A stretch of DNA of 64,000 nucleotides from Octopus sinensis (GCF_006345805.1 NC_043021.1:4836001-4900000); one strand, 5' to 3'; numbered from the stretch's first letter, positions 12,913 through 25,516 are shown. A program made the numbers and translations. Notes: generated by a model not told the origin, from the letters alone.

Positions 12913-12945
<33 letters not shown>
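9568..12945. repeat. Tandem segmental duplication, unit about 1.67-1.69 kb
   Basis: gaggtacacacc at 9619 and 11291 (offset 1672); atgcttacag at 11211 and 12903 (offset 1692). Near-identical, bounded by CA microsatellites. Confidence 0.95.
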
Positions 12946-12947
<2 letters not shown>

Positions 12948-12949
12948 CT

Positions 12950-14130
12950 ATGCCTGGATGTCCCACCTGTAGCCAACCACTATTCTAAGGTGACTGATTC
13001 TAATACTGATGTTCTTCCTCCCCTTAATAGCCTTGACACTGAAATACTATCCAAGACAACAATTATTGATTGGGTCCACCTGCTGGCTATATCCACAAGC
13101 CTGACTTGCCTCTCCCTGATCATCAAAATCCCTCTCAATCCCTACTAAAAATGCTCTGTTCATACTGCTAGGATAAACGATCATGTGATCCAATTTAGGG
13201 TACTGTCTGAGCATAAACCCACTGGTAGTGGTAAAACCTGTAATTGTTGAGTCTCCCAACTCTGTTAAATGCTATAATGTGGTATATAATATCTGGTCAT
13301 GACTCCACATTCCAACCAGACTAGGGTCTACATAAGGGGTACAATCAATTTCAAGTGATACTTCCTAACCTATGAGCTCCTCCTCATATAAGACCTCTAA
13401 CCAATATACTTCCCTAGCTACCTAAAGTGCCACCTTATCCTGGTCTATAGTTATTTGTGGAACCCCATACAATGCTAACCCCATACAATGCTAACCCCAT
13501 ACAATGCTAACTTTCATGTTTGTAAATATTGTTGCTGGAAATTGCTCACAATATTACACCAAAATGATACCTCTTTACTTAATAGATTCTCTGATGCAAT
13601 CTTTTCCTGTAGACATAAATTTTATTGCACCTTTGCTCATTATGTAAGATCATAATTTCTCCTCATGGCTAAATTTCTTTGTTCATTATGTAAATATCAA
13701 AATATCATTCTCTTCATAGCTAAAATTCATTTTTTCACCATGCCTTTCTTCTCTCCTACTCCCTCTTCCTTACCACAACATGTTTTCCTTCCATGCCACT
13801 TTGTTTAGATCTCTGATACACTTAACAGCTTTATTGCCTGTGACCAACTATGAGGTTATTGACAATGCTTTCTGGGGGCAGGCTTTATCTTCTTTCCCTG
13901 TTCTTTATAACTTGTCTTTATGGGGGTTGTCCTTCATTTTATCTTGTCTCTTAACTACTCTCTCTATCTCACTATTTCCATCTGCTTCCACTATCCTTTT
14001 AACCTTTATATTTGTGATCACTACTAAATTACTCATATTTGCCAATCTTCTTTTGAAAATGGAAGTTGGAATTGCAGTAATAAATTCATATGTAGTGGTC
14101 ACTAGTTACATACCTATGACATTATGCTCA
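12950..14130 (-). mobile_element. Highly decayed LINE (RTE-like endonuclease/linker) remnant
   Basis: Purine-rich minus strand with many stops and weak resemblance to the 21604-22190 element. Confidence 0.35.
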
Positions 14131-14329
14131 TATCACCTGTAAATTATAGTTGTTATCTAACTTCTGGCTTCTTGAAACAGCTGTCAAAATAAGACATATT
14201 GTTTCTCTCTCTGTATTTTTAATTTTATAATCTGTATTTTTTATGCTCTGTGTAAAGATATGTAGCAAGTCTGTGTTTATCTACCTTATTACTTCTGTCT
14301 CTCTCTTTCTTTCTCTCTCTCTCTCTCTC

Positions 14330-14405
14330 TACACACACACATACATACATACATACATACATACCTATACACACACATACATACATACATACATTCATAC
14401 ATACA

Positions 14406-14437
<32 letters not shown>

Positions 14438-14860
14438 CACACACACATACATACATACATACATTCATACATACATACATACATACATACCTATACACAC
14501 ACACACATACATACATACATTCATACATACATACATACATACATACCTATACACACACACATACATACATACATTCATACATACATACATACATACCTAT
14601 ACACACACACATACATTCATACATACATACATACATACATACATACATACATACATACCTATACACACACATATACATACATACATTCATACATACATAC
14701 ATACATACATACCTATACACACACACATACATACATACATTCATACATACATACATACCTATACACACACACATACATTCATACATACATACATACATAC
14801 ATTCATACATACATACATACATACATACACATACACACACACACACATACATACATACAT
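14330..14860. repeat. Compound (TACA)n/(CA)n microsatellite
   Basis: Directly visible. It generates the HT/YI and VC/YV ORF artefacts. Confidence 0.97.
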
Positions 14861-14862
14861 AC

Positions 14863-15625
14863 CCGAAGGATTAAAATTAATCAAAAGACATACTATGTCC
14901 ACCTACTGGAAATAACAGTCAAAACTCTTATTTAAATCTCCAAAATACACTGATAATAGCTCCAGAAATCAACCATCCAAAGGCAAATGGGCTAAGACAA
15001 TCTCCCAGTATACATTCAAGTATTTGGACTCATGTGGACTGGTTTCTGTACTGGCATAATAACCTCAGCTTCTTCAGCACACGTTACCATGATAGAGACT
15101 CCCAACCTGTCGTGTTGAAGTCTGCACTGCAAATGATTTGTTTTGTGCTAAATTCATGGCAGCCACCAGGGTGAAAATAATTTCAATATGGAGCAAATAA
15201 TTCCCGAGAAAAAATAATTCACGAAAAAATAATTCGCAAAGATATCATTGACTCTGTTATTATCTAGTGTAACAACTCAAAAATGATAATAACAGAATCA
15301 ATAATATAGGTGATTGCATGCCCCAAAAAAGCATTCCAAATACTTGAATATATGCTGGGAGATTATCTTTGGATGGTTGATTTATGTAGTTACTATCAGT
15401 GTATTTTGGTGATTTAAATGAGAGTTTTGACTGTTATTTCCAGCAGGTAGACCTTCTTAGTATGTCCTTTGATTAATTTTAATCCTTCAGCTATTTAATG
15501 CTTTTATGGGGCCTACAATCACTTATATTATTGGTTCTGTTATTATCATTTTTGAATTGTTACACTAGACAATAACAGAATCAATGATATCTTTGCAAAT
15601 TATTTTTTTTTGTGAATTATTTGCT

Positions 15626-15630
<5 letters not shown>
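14863..15630. repeat. Two interleaved inverted repeats (A..B A' B')
   Basis: 14863-15030 is the imperfect reverse complement of 15336-15490. 15190-15335 is the imperfect reverse complement of 15496-15630. Confidence 0.85.
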
Positions 15631-15671
<41 letters not shown>

Positions 15672-16269
15672 CACTGTGACCGACCAGGCTATCAGATGTC
15701 GCTAAACATCGCTGGTCACAATGCGTTTCGCATTATTTTTTAGCCTTCAAATGACGCCACCCCGCTGGCTAAGCAAGCAGGCCGACAGAAGAAAGAGTGA
15801 GAGAAAGTTGTGGGGAAAGAGTACAGCAAGGATTGCCACCACCCCCTGCCGGAGCCTCGTGGAGCTTTAGGTGTTTTCGCTCAATAAACACTCACAACGC
15901 CCGGTCTGGGAATCGAAACCGCGATCCTACAACCGTGAATCCGCTGCCCTAATCACTGGGCCATTGCGCCTCCACACATATATATATATATATAAAATAT
16001 CATAATAAAAACCACAAGTTTTGTTAATTACAGCTTCCTAGGGTTTCATGGCTGAAACATTTATTTTGCCATTTTTCAAGCTAGAAACAAGACCGTTTGA
16101 CAATTGCTTTAAAGCAGATGACATTTAAAACAAAGAATGCTCATATGGAAGGAGATGGAAAGAAAAACACAGAGGAAATAGCCAACATTACAATAGATAA
16201 TGTTGAAAAAAATGTAAACAAAGATATTTACGATGTGTCCGGTGGCCTGTTTTTAAGTCTGCCCTAGAT

Positions 16270-16480
16270 GTATTTCCTAAAATGTGGACATAATGAAAAT
16301 ATCTCATTTCTGGAATTTACATAATCATCGAAGGTCCTTAAGTTTTTTAAGAAATTTGGTTTCTTGGGAAAACATACAGAACATCATTTTCAGTCATTAT
16401 GGTCTGGTTTTCAAAAGGATTTTGCATTTGGTGTTGTAGTTGGTTTCTTCATCTTAAAGTTGCCAGATTAAAGCCAAAAG
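16270..16480 (-). mobile_element. Penelope-like element C-terminal remnant
   Basis: Minus strand reads KILLKTRP and NSRNEIFSLCPHFRKYI*, resembling the Penelope C-terminal LNxRxEIxSxCxH motif. Confidence 0.45.
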
Positions 16481-18659
16481 ATTTATTGTGTGTCTTTTAT
16501 CACAGTGTCTAAAATTCGAAAGATGGTTATTATATCAGGATTTAAATTTTCCTTCAACAGACCCAGTATAGCGTTTGATTTCTGTTCTACTATTGTCATA
16601 GTTTGCTGATACCTATGCTTCATAAACAACAGAGTATGTATTGCATTTCTACCCTAGAGGACATTTAGATTTGTCTCTACATGTACATCCAGGGCAGAGG
16701 ATGTATTGCATTTCTACCCTAGAGGACATTTAGATTTGTCTCTACATGTACATCCAGGGCAGGCTTGTGTTATCGGTTGCTTATTTGATATATGTTTTAA
16801 TAAATGTTGGTATTGTTTATCCAAAAATTGATGGGGTTAAAACAAAATAAAACAAAGAGAAGTTTTAAAGTTGGAAACAAATGGAACATTAAAAAGAAGT
16901 CTTGTAAGTGAAAACAAGTTGGAAAGAGACAAAAGACAGATGAAAATCAAGAACAAACAGATATGGAGTATAAATAGAAAAAAGTGTTTTCTGAATTTTG
17001 ACAGAGACAGAGATAATACTAGTATAAGAAGAAAAGTGTAAAAGGACTTTCATCTAAGAACAACCTGAACAGAGAGAAATATTGGACACCTGGTGAGTGT
17101 GATAAAAGGCAAGCAGAAAGGTGTCATCATCATCATTGTTCGACCGTGGTCGAGACAATGGAATTTACCATGCTACGCCAGACTTCACGGTCCATCATAG
17201 CATTACAGAGGTCCTGTTGCTGGATGCCTGTATCCCTGGAGATTACATCTGGGTAGGAGAGTGTGCGCCCCCTGGTATTGCGAGTAGATGGCTTCCTGAG
17301 GAGAAGAGTAGAAATTACCTCGTTTTCAGCTCTACAACAATGTCCAGCAAACTGGACTCTCCTACGTTTCACAAGAGATGACACAGGTGGTAGTTTCCCA
17401 TATATTTGCACTTTGGTTGGATGACGCTTCCACGAAAGATTTTGAGCTCTCATAAGGAGGCGAGTGTAGGTTCCATCCAACTGCCTCTCAAGCTTCTTTG
17501 ATAACGTCCAGGTTTCTGAGCCATATAGAAAGGTGTGGTTGATATCAGTAGGAGCAGGTGGTGGTGGGGAAGTCAACTGGAGAGTGAGGGAGAGAAAGAA
17601 AATGGGTAAGATAGACCAAGAGAAAGATAATGAGAGAAAGAGGAGACGATGTAGACTGAATTACAGTGAAAGAAAACATAAGAAATCAGATACAATGAAA
17701 GAAATCACTCTAAATGCTAGAACTGAAAATCAGAATAATGGTGGAAGAGCATTATGATGTTTAACGGAAAGAACAAAAAAGCAAACATGAATAAACTCAT
17801 TTCAGTTGTCAACTTTTTACCCAGAGTCATTACAATTTCAGCACTTGGAAGAAGTTGGTATCATATATCTCAAAAGTGCTTGGGTTCAAGCAAGCAAAAC
17901 AAAATGAAAGTAAACAGGACAGAGAGAAAAGCCTGTCTGTCTATGTAGTATCAATCTATATATCCATCCAACCAACCATCATTTATCTACCACTGCCTAA
18001 AATATCTCTCCTTTGGAACACGATCCAAATTGCTTCTTTTTAATTTGGTCTTTATTCTAGCAACGGTAGCAGTGGTGGTGGTGGAATGGCAGAATATTTG
18101 GTTTGTAGGTACCAAGCAACAGCAGAAGCAGCAGTAGTGGTAGTGGTAGTGGTGGTGGCAGCAGCAGTAGCATTAGTAATAGTAGTATTTTGAACCACTG
18201 TATCAACATCAATTCCATCAAGCAGTTAGATTTTTGTTTCACCATTTTGTTGCCTAGCAATCTGCCTTTTCCCTGCATCCTCTCTCTTATGTCTGTGTGT
18301 CTGCTTGTTGTATCTCTCTTTCTCTTTCAGCAATATCTATGTATGTATGCGCATGCATCTGTGCATTTATGTGTTTGTGAATGTCTGTGTCTATGCATGT
18401 ATTCCTCTGTGTGTGTCTATATGTGTGTTTGTATGTGTACATATGTATGTGTATGTCTGTATGTTTGTGTACATTTGTGTATCTGTTGTGTCTCTCTCAT
18501 CATCTGTCTACATATGTGTATCTGTCGTTCTGTCTGTCTGTGAAATTACAAACCATTAACTACTATATAATGCCAGCTAAGCCGTTTATTGAATGAATTA
18601 TTTATCTCTATGACGTTACCAATAAATTCAGGCAATTCCTTCATCTGTTCTTTACTAAC

Positions 18660-18980
18660 GGTTAAGAAATTGTTGGTTTGCTGGCACTATGGAATGGTAG
18701 AATATTCAAGGAACAAGGGAACGGTTGGTTTAATGGTACCATGGAATGGCAGAATATTTGGTTTATAGGTACCAAGGAATAGTGGAACAGTTGGTTTGCT
18801 AGTGCCAAAAAAGAGTGAGGGAACAGTTGGTTTATTGGTGTTGAAGAATGGAAAAATGGTCGGGTTACTGGCAATGAGGAATGGCAGAATGATTGATTTG
18901 TTGGTAGCAAGGAATGGAAGAATAATTAGCTGATTGGTGTCAAGGAATGGTAGAATGGCTGACTTGCTAGTAGTGAGGAA
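18660..18980. repeat. Degenerate ~33-bp minisatellite
   Basis: Units resemble ggtttataggtaccaaggaatagtggaacagtt, about 9 degenerate copies. Confidence 0.75.
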
Positions 18981-20282
18981 TCATGCTAAAATAGGTGTGT
19001 CATTGAATAACATAACACACACAAAATATTTGCTCAATGGGTCATTGCCTGTTTACATATGTACTGATGTACTTTTCATCAGCTGACATACTTTATACAA
19101 GAGGCCTGCAGACAACAACAGAGAAGCGTTGCAGAGAGTCTCTCCTGCTTTCTCACACGTTCTCTTTTTTTGCTTACACGATGTGTGATGCTGTAAGTCA
19201 GCTAGCAAGGCAGCAAGCAAGCCAGCTTGCCAGGGACCTCTCTCTCCTACATCCCATCATAAACTTGCTTGTTTGTTTGTTTGTTCCATATTGCATTTGA
19301 TGAATAATAGAATTTATTAGTTGTAGGTTTAACAATGTTTCCACTGGTTCGGTGCATTTTAGTGAGAGGGTGTTTTGGGAACTCGAGTAGATCAAATATC
19401 AGGCAGAACATTTATTTATGTGCAAGAGAACCAGTTTGGGTTTTTTTTTTTTAGCCAATGGTGTGCATGCATGTGTGTGTGTGTGTGTGTGTGTTTCATT
19501 CACTTAACATTCGTTTTCCCCCGTAATAGTATGACTTTAAATGAGTTGTCATTAGGGGCATTGTTTTTACAGTGCTAACTCTTACCTACTTTACAAGACA
19601 GAAATCTCTTATTTCACATGGCTTTGAATGCGTGAAGTGAGCAAACAAGTTATTGCCATGAAAAGTACCAACAACAATGCTACTTGAATGTCGTGACTTT
19701 TGAATAAGATGAGCGCAGATGTAAACACACACACACACACATGCACACACACATGGTGTTTCTTTTCAGTTTCCACATTCGCTCACGAACCTTTGGTCGG
19801 TCCAGGACTGTTGCAGAAGACACATGGCTAAGGTGCAGTGCAGTAGGACTGAACCTGAAACCACATGGTTAAAAAGGCTGTGTAATAAGAAATTTGCTTC
19901 CTGATCACATCATTCCAAGTTGAGTCCCACTACCTGGCACCTTGGGCAAGTCTCTCCTACTTTCGGCTGACCAAAGCCTTGTGAATGGATTTGGTTAATG
20001 GAAACCGAAATAAGTCTGTTGTGTGTGTGTGTGTGTGTATTATGTATGATACAAATAAGATTATAATTTATTTCTGAATGCAGAAACACTGTTAGAACAG
20101 CCAAAATATTGGGTAAATAACTCTTACAAAGCAGAAAAGGGTCATCTACCCAATACTTTTATCATTCTAATGGTGTTTCTGTGTTCGAAAATAAATTATC
20201 ATGTTATTTGTATCCTACAATACACTTTTCGATGCTTATAAAAAAAACAAATGTTACTTTGTTTATATTTTTATACACATAG

Positions 20283-20328
<46 letters not shown>

Positions 20329-20531
20329 TTCTTAACAAAATCATAACGACGTTTTGAGAAATTTGAAAAGTTAAACACGAAACCGGTAATTTCTTCAAAA
20401 ACTATGTCACTGTATGAAAAAAATTTATAACATTCTTCTGACATAATGACTCAAATATATATTTTTTAACCTTTTAAAACAAGCCTTCTGTAGTTTTTTT
20501 ACTTTTTACTATTTTCTCTCTCTCTATATAT

Positions 20532-20805
20532 ATACTGTTGTTTATGGGGAGAGTCATTCTCTTCTAGTGCCTCATAATTTAACACACTCACTGGTAAAAT
20601 TTCCCCTCATTTCTTTCTTTATTTTTCTAAAATCTTCGTTGCATCTTGCAACCCTTTCAATAGTTTTGAGAGTCAAAACTATTGAAAGGGTTGCAATGAA
20701 GATTTTAGAAAAATAAAGAAGAAAATGAGTGGAAATTTTACCCGTGAGTGTGTTAAATTATAAGGCACTAAAATAGAATGGCTCTCCCCATAAACAACAG
20801 CATAT
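20532..20805. mobile_element. Foldback/palindromic MITE-like element, about 275 bp
   Basis: Arms are reverse complements (ctgttgtttatggggagag...ctctccccataaacaacag), centred on ttttga-gag-tcaaaa at 20670-20672, with TA-rich flanks. Confidence 0.85.
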
Positions 20806-20858
20806 GCTTCAACATATGAACTCACATAAAGAATCTTGCAAACCAAATCCAAAGCGAA

Positions 20859-20893
<35 letters not shown>

Positions 20894-20990
20894 ATATATG
20901 TATATATATGTGTGCATATATGTATGTATGTATATATATATATATATAATATATATATATATATTCATGTGTGTATATGTTGTATATATA

Positions 20991-21606
20991 CAGGGGTTGG
21001 ACAAAATAATGGGAACATCTAGCAACATAACATCATAATTTTGAAATATCTATAAAACCGTCAAAAGCTTGTTTATTTTTACGTTTTTTTTTATTCATTA
21101 TTAGTGTTGCTTAATATGTTTTGCTAAAATTGCTGTTTCTTTTAAAATACCATCAGAAAAAAGGTAATTAAAATTCTTTAAAGGGACAGATCTATCAGAC
21201 CTTCAAAGAGGTAAAATTTTTGGTGCTTGTATGGCAGGTGCTAGCGTAACGAAAACAGCTGAAATGTTTGGTATATCAAGAAGTACTGTCTTGAAAGTAA
21301 TGACAACCTTAGAAAAAGAGGGAAAAACCTCCTTGTCGAAACAAAAAACTCTGGAAGAAAATGAAAACTTTCAGATAGGGACCTTTGGACTCTTACATGA
21401 ATTGTTAGAAAGGATCACAAGAAGGCTGCAATCAGAAAACCACTGATTTCAAAAACAAGCGTTGCAAAGCATTTAGGGTAGAGTAAAAACCTACAGAATT
21501 GGTCCCTAGAGTAGTGGAAGAATGTTATTTTGTCGGACGAGTCATCCTTTACCTTATTCCCGACCACCGGCCGAGTATTTGCGTGGAGATAGCCAAAAGA
21601 AGCATA
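20991..21606 (+). mobile_element. Tc1-like transposon 5' part, truncated
   Basis: TA|CAGGGG terminus; HTH-like GASVTKTAEMFGISRSTVLKV; then ILSDESSFTLFPTTGRVFAWR containing the first catalytic D. Confidence 0.85.
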
Positions 21607-22190
21607 CCAACTTCAGGAAACCTGCCAGTCACCTAGTCACCTACTGTTCTGGTAGACACACTAGCCAAATTGACTACATCCTCATCAGGAAGAAGGGAAA
21701 GATGGCTGCTTATAAATGCCAAAACCTCCCAGGCGAAGAATGTACCGCTCAACATAGACTAGTAGTTAGCGACTTCAGGATCAGGGCTAAATGGATGCCC
21801 AGAAGACGACCAGCATGGAGGAGAAGGGTCTGGAAGCTTAAAGATCCTGCAAATGGACAGAGATTTAGAGACGTATTACTCGAAGCCTTTGATGAAATAG
21901 AAGGGGATATAGCATCACATGATGTGGAAGACAACTGGAGGTTTCTACGGGACAACCTGCTGAGAGCCACTGACCAGATCTGTGGATGGTGGAAAGTCCC
22001 CTCTCGGCCCAAGGTAACGTGGTGGTGGAACAATGTGGTTGACAAGGCTATTAGAGAAAAGAAACAGGCTTGGAAGGACTGGAAGAACGGTGGTAGCAGG
22101 GAATTGTATCAGACTGCCAGAAGGGAAGCTAGGAGACAGATTTATTTAGCCAGAGGGGAAGCAGATAAGAAAAAATTAGCAATGTTCTGC
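21604..22190 (+). mobile_element. RTE-like LINE fragment (endonuclease end and linker) interrupting the Tc1
   Basis: TNFRKPASHLVTYCSGRHTSQIDYILIR...QHRLVVSD...WWWNNVVDKAI. Confidence 0.88.
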
Positions 22191-22631
22191 ACCAAATCTT
22201 CCCCCCCCCCACATCATCATCACCATCTCCACCAACCACATAGTTCTGGGTTCAGTCCCACTGCGTGGCACCTAGGGCGAGTGTCTTCTGCTATAGCCTT
22301 GGGCTGACCAAAGCCTTGTGAGTGGATTTAGTTGATGGAAACTGAAAGAAGCCTGTCGTATATATATTTACATGTGTTTGTGAGTGTTTGTGTGTCTGTG
22401 TTTGTCCCACCACAATCGCTTGATAACTGATGCTGGTGTGTTTACGTGTAACTTAGCGGTTCAGCAAAAGATGCCGATAGAACAAGTGCTAGGCTTACAA
22501 AGAATAAGTCCTGGGGTCAATTTGTTCAACTAAAGGCAGCGCTCCAGCATGGCCGCAGTTAAATGACTGAAACAAGTCAAAGAATTTCATTGAATATTTT
22601 GTTTAATCAATTTGCTTGCTTTATTTTTCAG

Positions 22632-22738
22632 ATCCATGAATACCAGTTATGCACTGGGGAATCTGAGGTAGTGTTGACTAACAACACATGGCATTGTCAT
22701 CGGTTATGTGAACATCTTGATCATGCATTTCTCCATGG
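22632..22738 (+). CDS. PLEKHM2: PLEKHM2/SKIP coding exon (nominal exon 2), RUN domain start
   Basis: tttttcag|ATC...GG|gtaagt. Translates IHEYQLCTGESEVVLTNNTWHCHRLCEHLDHAFLHG, matching the recalled SKIP motif RLCEHLDHALLYG. 107 nt, phase 0-2. Confidence 0.93.
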
Positions 22739-22794
22739 GTAAGTCATATTTTCATTTAAATCTAAATCACTTCTGTCATCATTATCATCATCAT

Positions 22795-23018
22795 TAACCC
22801 TTTAGCGTTCAGATTATTCAATCAAACATAATGCTTATTGATTCCCACTGATTTGAATTAATCATGCATTTTCTCATATCTTCAAGATCTTATGGTGTAA
22901 TTACTTAATGTAGAATAACATTGTAGGGTAGGTGTGAGGGCCTGGATCTGGTCAGTTTGAACATAAAACAGATTAAATATTTTGGCCAGATATGGCCGGT
23001 TTAAATACTAAAGGGTTA
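22795..23018. mobile_element. piggyBac-like MITE family 2; copies 56127-56351, diverged 56688-56912, partial 49896-49975
   Basis: ttaa-CCCTTTAG...CTAAAGGG-ttaa termini; repeated internal sequence. Confidence 0.8.
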
Positions 23019-23019
23019 A

Positions 23020-23330
23020 ACATCAGTTTTCCAATGCTGGTGTAAGCTAGATGCTTTGACAAAATCTGACGAGCTAAAAAAGGGCTGCATCAAGCTCCTA
23101 TGTCTGTTTTCACATGGTTTTCTGCCGTTACCAATTGTAGTCTGTGGGCTGATAGTGGAGTGCTTGAAACTTATCAGCATTGAATTGCATGTTATTTTCA
23201 TCTCCCCATTTGTATATTGCATGTGGGTCATTTTGCAGTTTTAGTATGTCATCAGGTTCCTTGACACCCTGAGGTACTGTTGTATTATCAGCATAGTTGG
23301 TGGGAGTGGCTGACTGTACAACAGAGGGCA
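23020..23330 (-). mobile_element. CR1-like RT fragment
   Basis: Reads YADNT...LQND...WGDENNMQFNADKFQAL. Confidence 0.7.
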
Positions 23331-23454
23331 TGTCTGAAAGAGCCACTATGAACAATAGCAGAAAATGTTTTTCTAGTGACACCAGCAATAAAAGCAATTT
23401 TAGAATGACAAACACTCCTACCATATTTGGAAGATGTCAATCTGTTGATAATTT

Positions 23455-24010
23455 AGTTAACCTCCCTCTAATATTGCTGCACCTCTTGTGTGTCCATAGC
23501 TAGCACCAGGTACATCTTATGGAGTTTTTGTCTACACCTTTTCCACAGATCGAGCAAGGCCATCTACCTGATGGGATTTGTGATTTTCTACTCTCTTACT
23601 AAGACTTTAATTTTTGCTAGGGTAACTCTAAGGCCCTTCGATTCTAGACCTTGCTTCCACACCTGCAACTTCTTTGCTAGTTCTGGTAGTGATTCAGCTA
23701 TAAGAACAAGGTCACCAGGATATAGCAGCTCTTAGGGGCAGCCCGTTTTAAATTCCTCTATTATTGCCTTGAGGACAATGATGAACAGGTGGGGCTGAGG
23801 ATTTATCCCTGGTGAACCCCTATTGTACTCTAAATTCATCACTATATTCATTGGCAACCCTCACTTTACTGACAGGATCCCTGTACATGGGTTGTACAGC
23901 TCTTACCAAACACTCACATCTATTCCTAGTTTCCTCATTGACCACCAGAGAAGGGATCGGAAACCCTGTCAAAGGCTTTCCCTATGTCAACAAAAGCCAA
24001 ATACAGAGGT
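23455..24010 (-). mobile_element. RTE-like RT fragment, same family as 190-1075
   Basis: Direct nucleotide similarity to 205-750. Confidence 0.85.
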
Positions 24011-24261
24011 TTGTCTGTATTAATAAAATAATATTGCAAAATTTTGCTTTCTTTTTGTCACCCCATTATATGTATGCATGTATGTCTATATGTATATTTC
24101 CCACTGTTACATGTGTATGTATGTATATATGCATGCATGTATATGCATGTATGTATATGCATGTATATGCATGTATGTATATGCATGTATATGCATGCAT
24201 GAATGTACATATGTATTCATGCACACATGACATATTTCCCACTGTTACAGATTAGTTACGT

Positions 24262-24530
24262 TAAGTTAAGTTAATTTAATTTTTTGGCTCAAAAAGCAAA
24301 AAGCAAGGCCATGTAGGGGGACATGGTGTTCATGCAAAGAGTTCAGGCCATTTCTGGTCAAGAGAGACTTTGAACCGAGTGGTCGTCGGCATCTTCACTA
24401 TCTCGTCCGGCAGCTTATTCCACGGATCCGCAACCCGGACGGAGAAAGCCCCTCTCCTTCGATTGAGATGAAATCGTCGCAGATAGAGCTTTTTGGAGTG
24501 ACCCCGCAGCCGACGCTCTGGAGCAGGAGT
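24262..24530 (-). mobile_element. CR1-like LINE 3' end with (ttaac)n tail
   Basis: GC-rich. Minus strand reads RVADPWNKLPDEIV...TRFKVSLD. Confidence 0.7.
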
Positions 24531-25516
24531 GAAGAACAGCTTTTTTGAGAGGTTACCAAACTCACTGACAAGGCCCTGGTTAGGTCAGGGCTATAGTAGA
24601 AAACACTTGCCCAAGGTGTTGCATGTTGGGACTGAGCCTGACACCATATGGATGAAAAGTGAACCTCTTAACCACCCATCCATGCCTGCACCTATATTTC
24701 CTAACGTCAATGTTATGAAGGGTATCCTGTCGTAGAAACCATGCCAAAGCAGACAGTGAAGCTTGGCACAATCTTCTGGCTTGTTAGCTCCTAATTAACT
24801 GTCTAACCCATGCCAGTATGGAAAATAGATGTTAGGTGATGATGAAGATGAAATATATGTGCCGGTGGCACGTAAAAAGCACCATCCGATTGTGGCCGTT
24901 GCCAGCCTCGTCTGGCCCCCGTTCTGGTGGCACGTAAAAAGCACCATCCAATCGTGGCCGTTTGCCAGCCTCGTCTGGCACTTGTGCAGGTGGCACGTAA
25001 AAAGCTCCATCCGATTGTGGCCATTGCCAGCCTTGTCTGGCCCCCGTGCTGGTGGCACGTAAAAAGCACCATCCAATCGTGGCCGTTTGCCAGCCTCGTC
25101 TGGCACCTGTGCAGGTGGCACGTAAAAAGCACCCACTACACTCACTGAGTGGTTGGCGTTAGGAAGGGCATCCAGCTGTAGAAACACTGCCAGATCAGAC
25201 TGGGCCTGGCGCAGCCTTCTGGCTTCCCAGACCCCAGTTGAACCGTCCAACCCATGCCAGCATGGAAAACGGACGTTAAACAATGATGATGATGATGATG
25301 ACAGCAAACAGTTTCTGTCTTCCAAATTTCACACATAAGGCACCGATGAACCTGAGTTTATGAGAGAAGGCATTTGGTCAGGGTTCCACTCAGTGACATT
25401 GCAAATGGAATCACCTGGTTGCAGAGTGAACTTATTAACCACACAGCCATGCATACACCTATACACACAAGTAAGAATAATTACATTATAATAATATACT
25501 TTCTTATACTCCTTAG

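Noticed and set aside
14225-14935. Long His/Thr/Tyr and Cys/Val ORFs (also 49780-50862 upstream of 50761, 28628-29219, 63611-63940)
   Set aside because: They are translations of CA/TA/TACA microsatellites. Only 50761-50862 is a real exon.
21522-22307. 261-aa ORF as a gene
   Set aside because: It is a chance in-frame join of Tc1, RTE and SINE A fragments.
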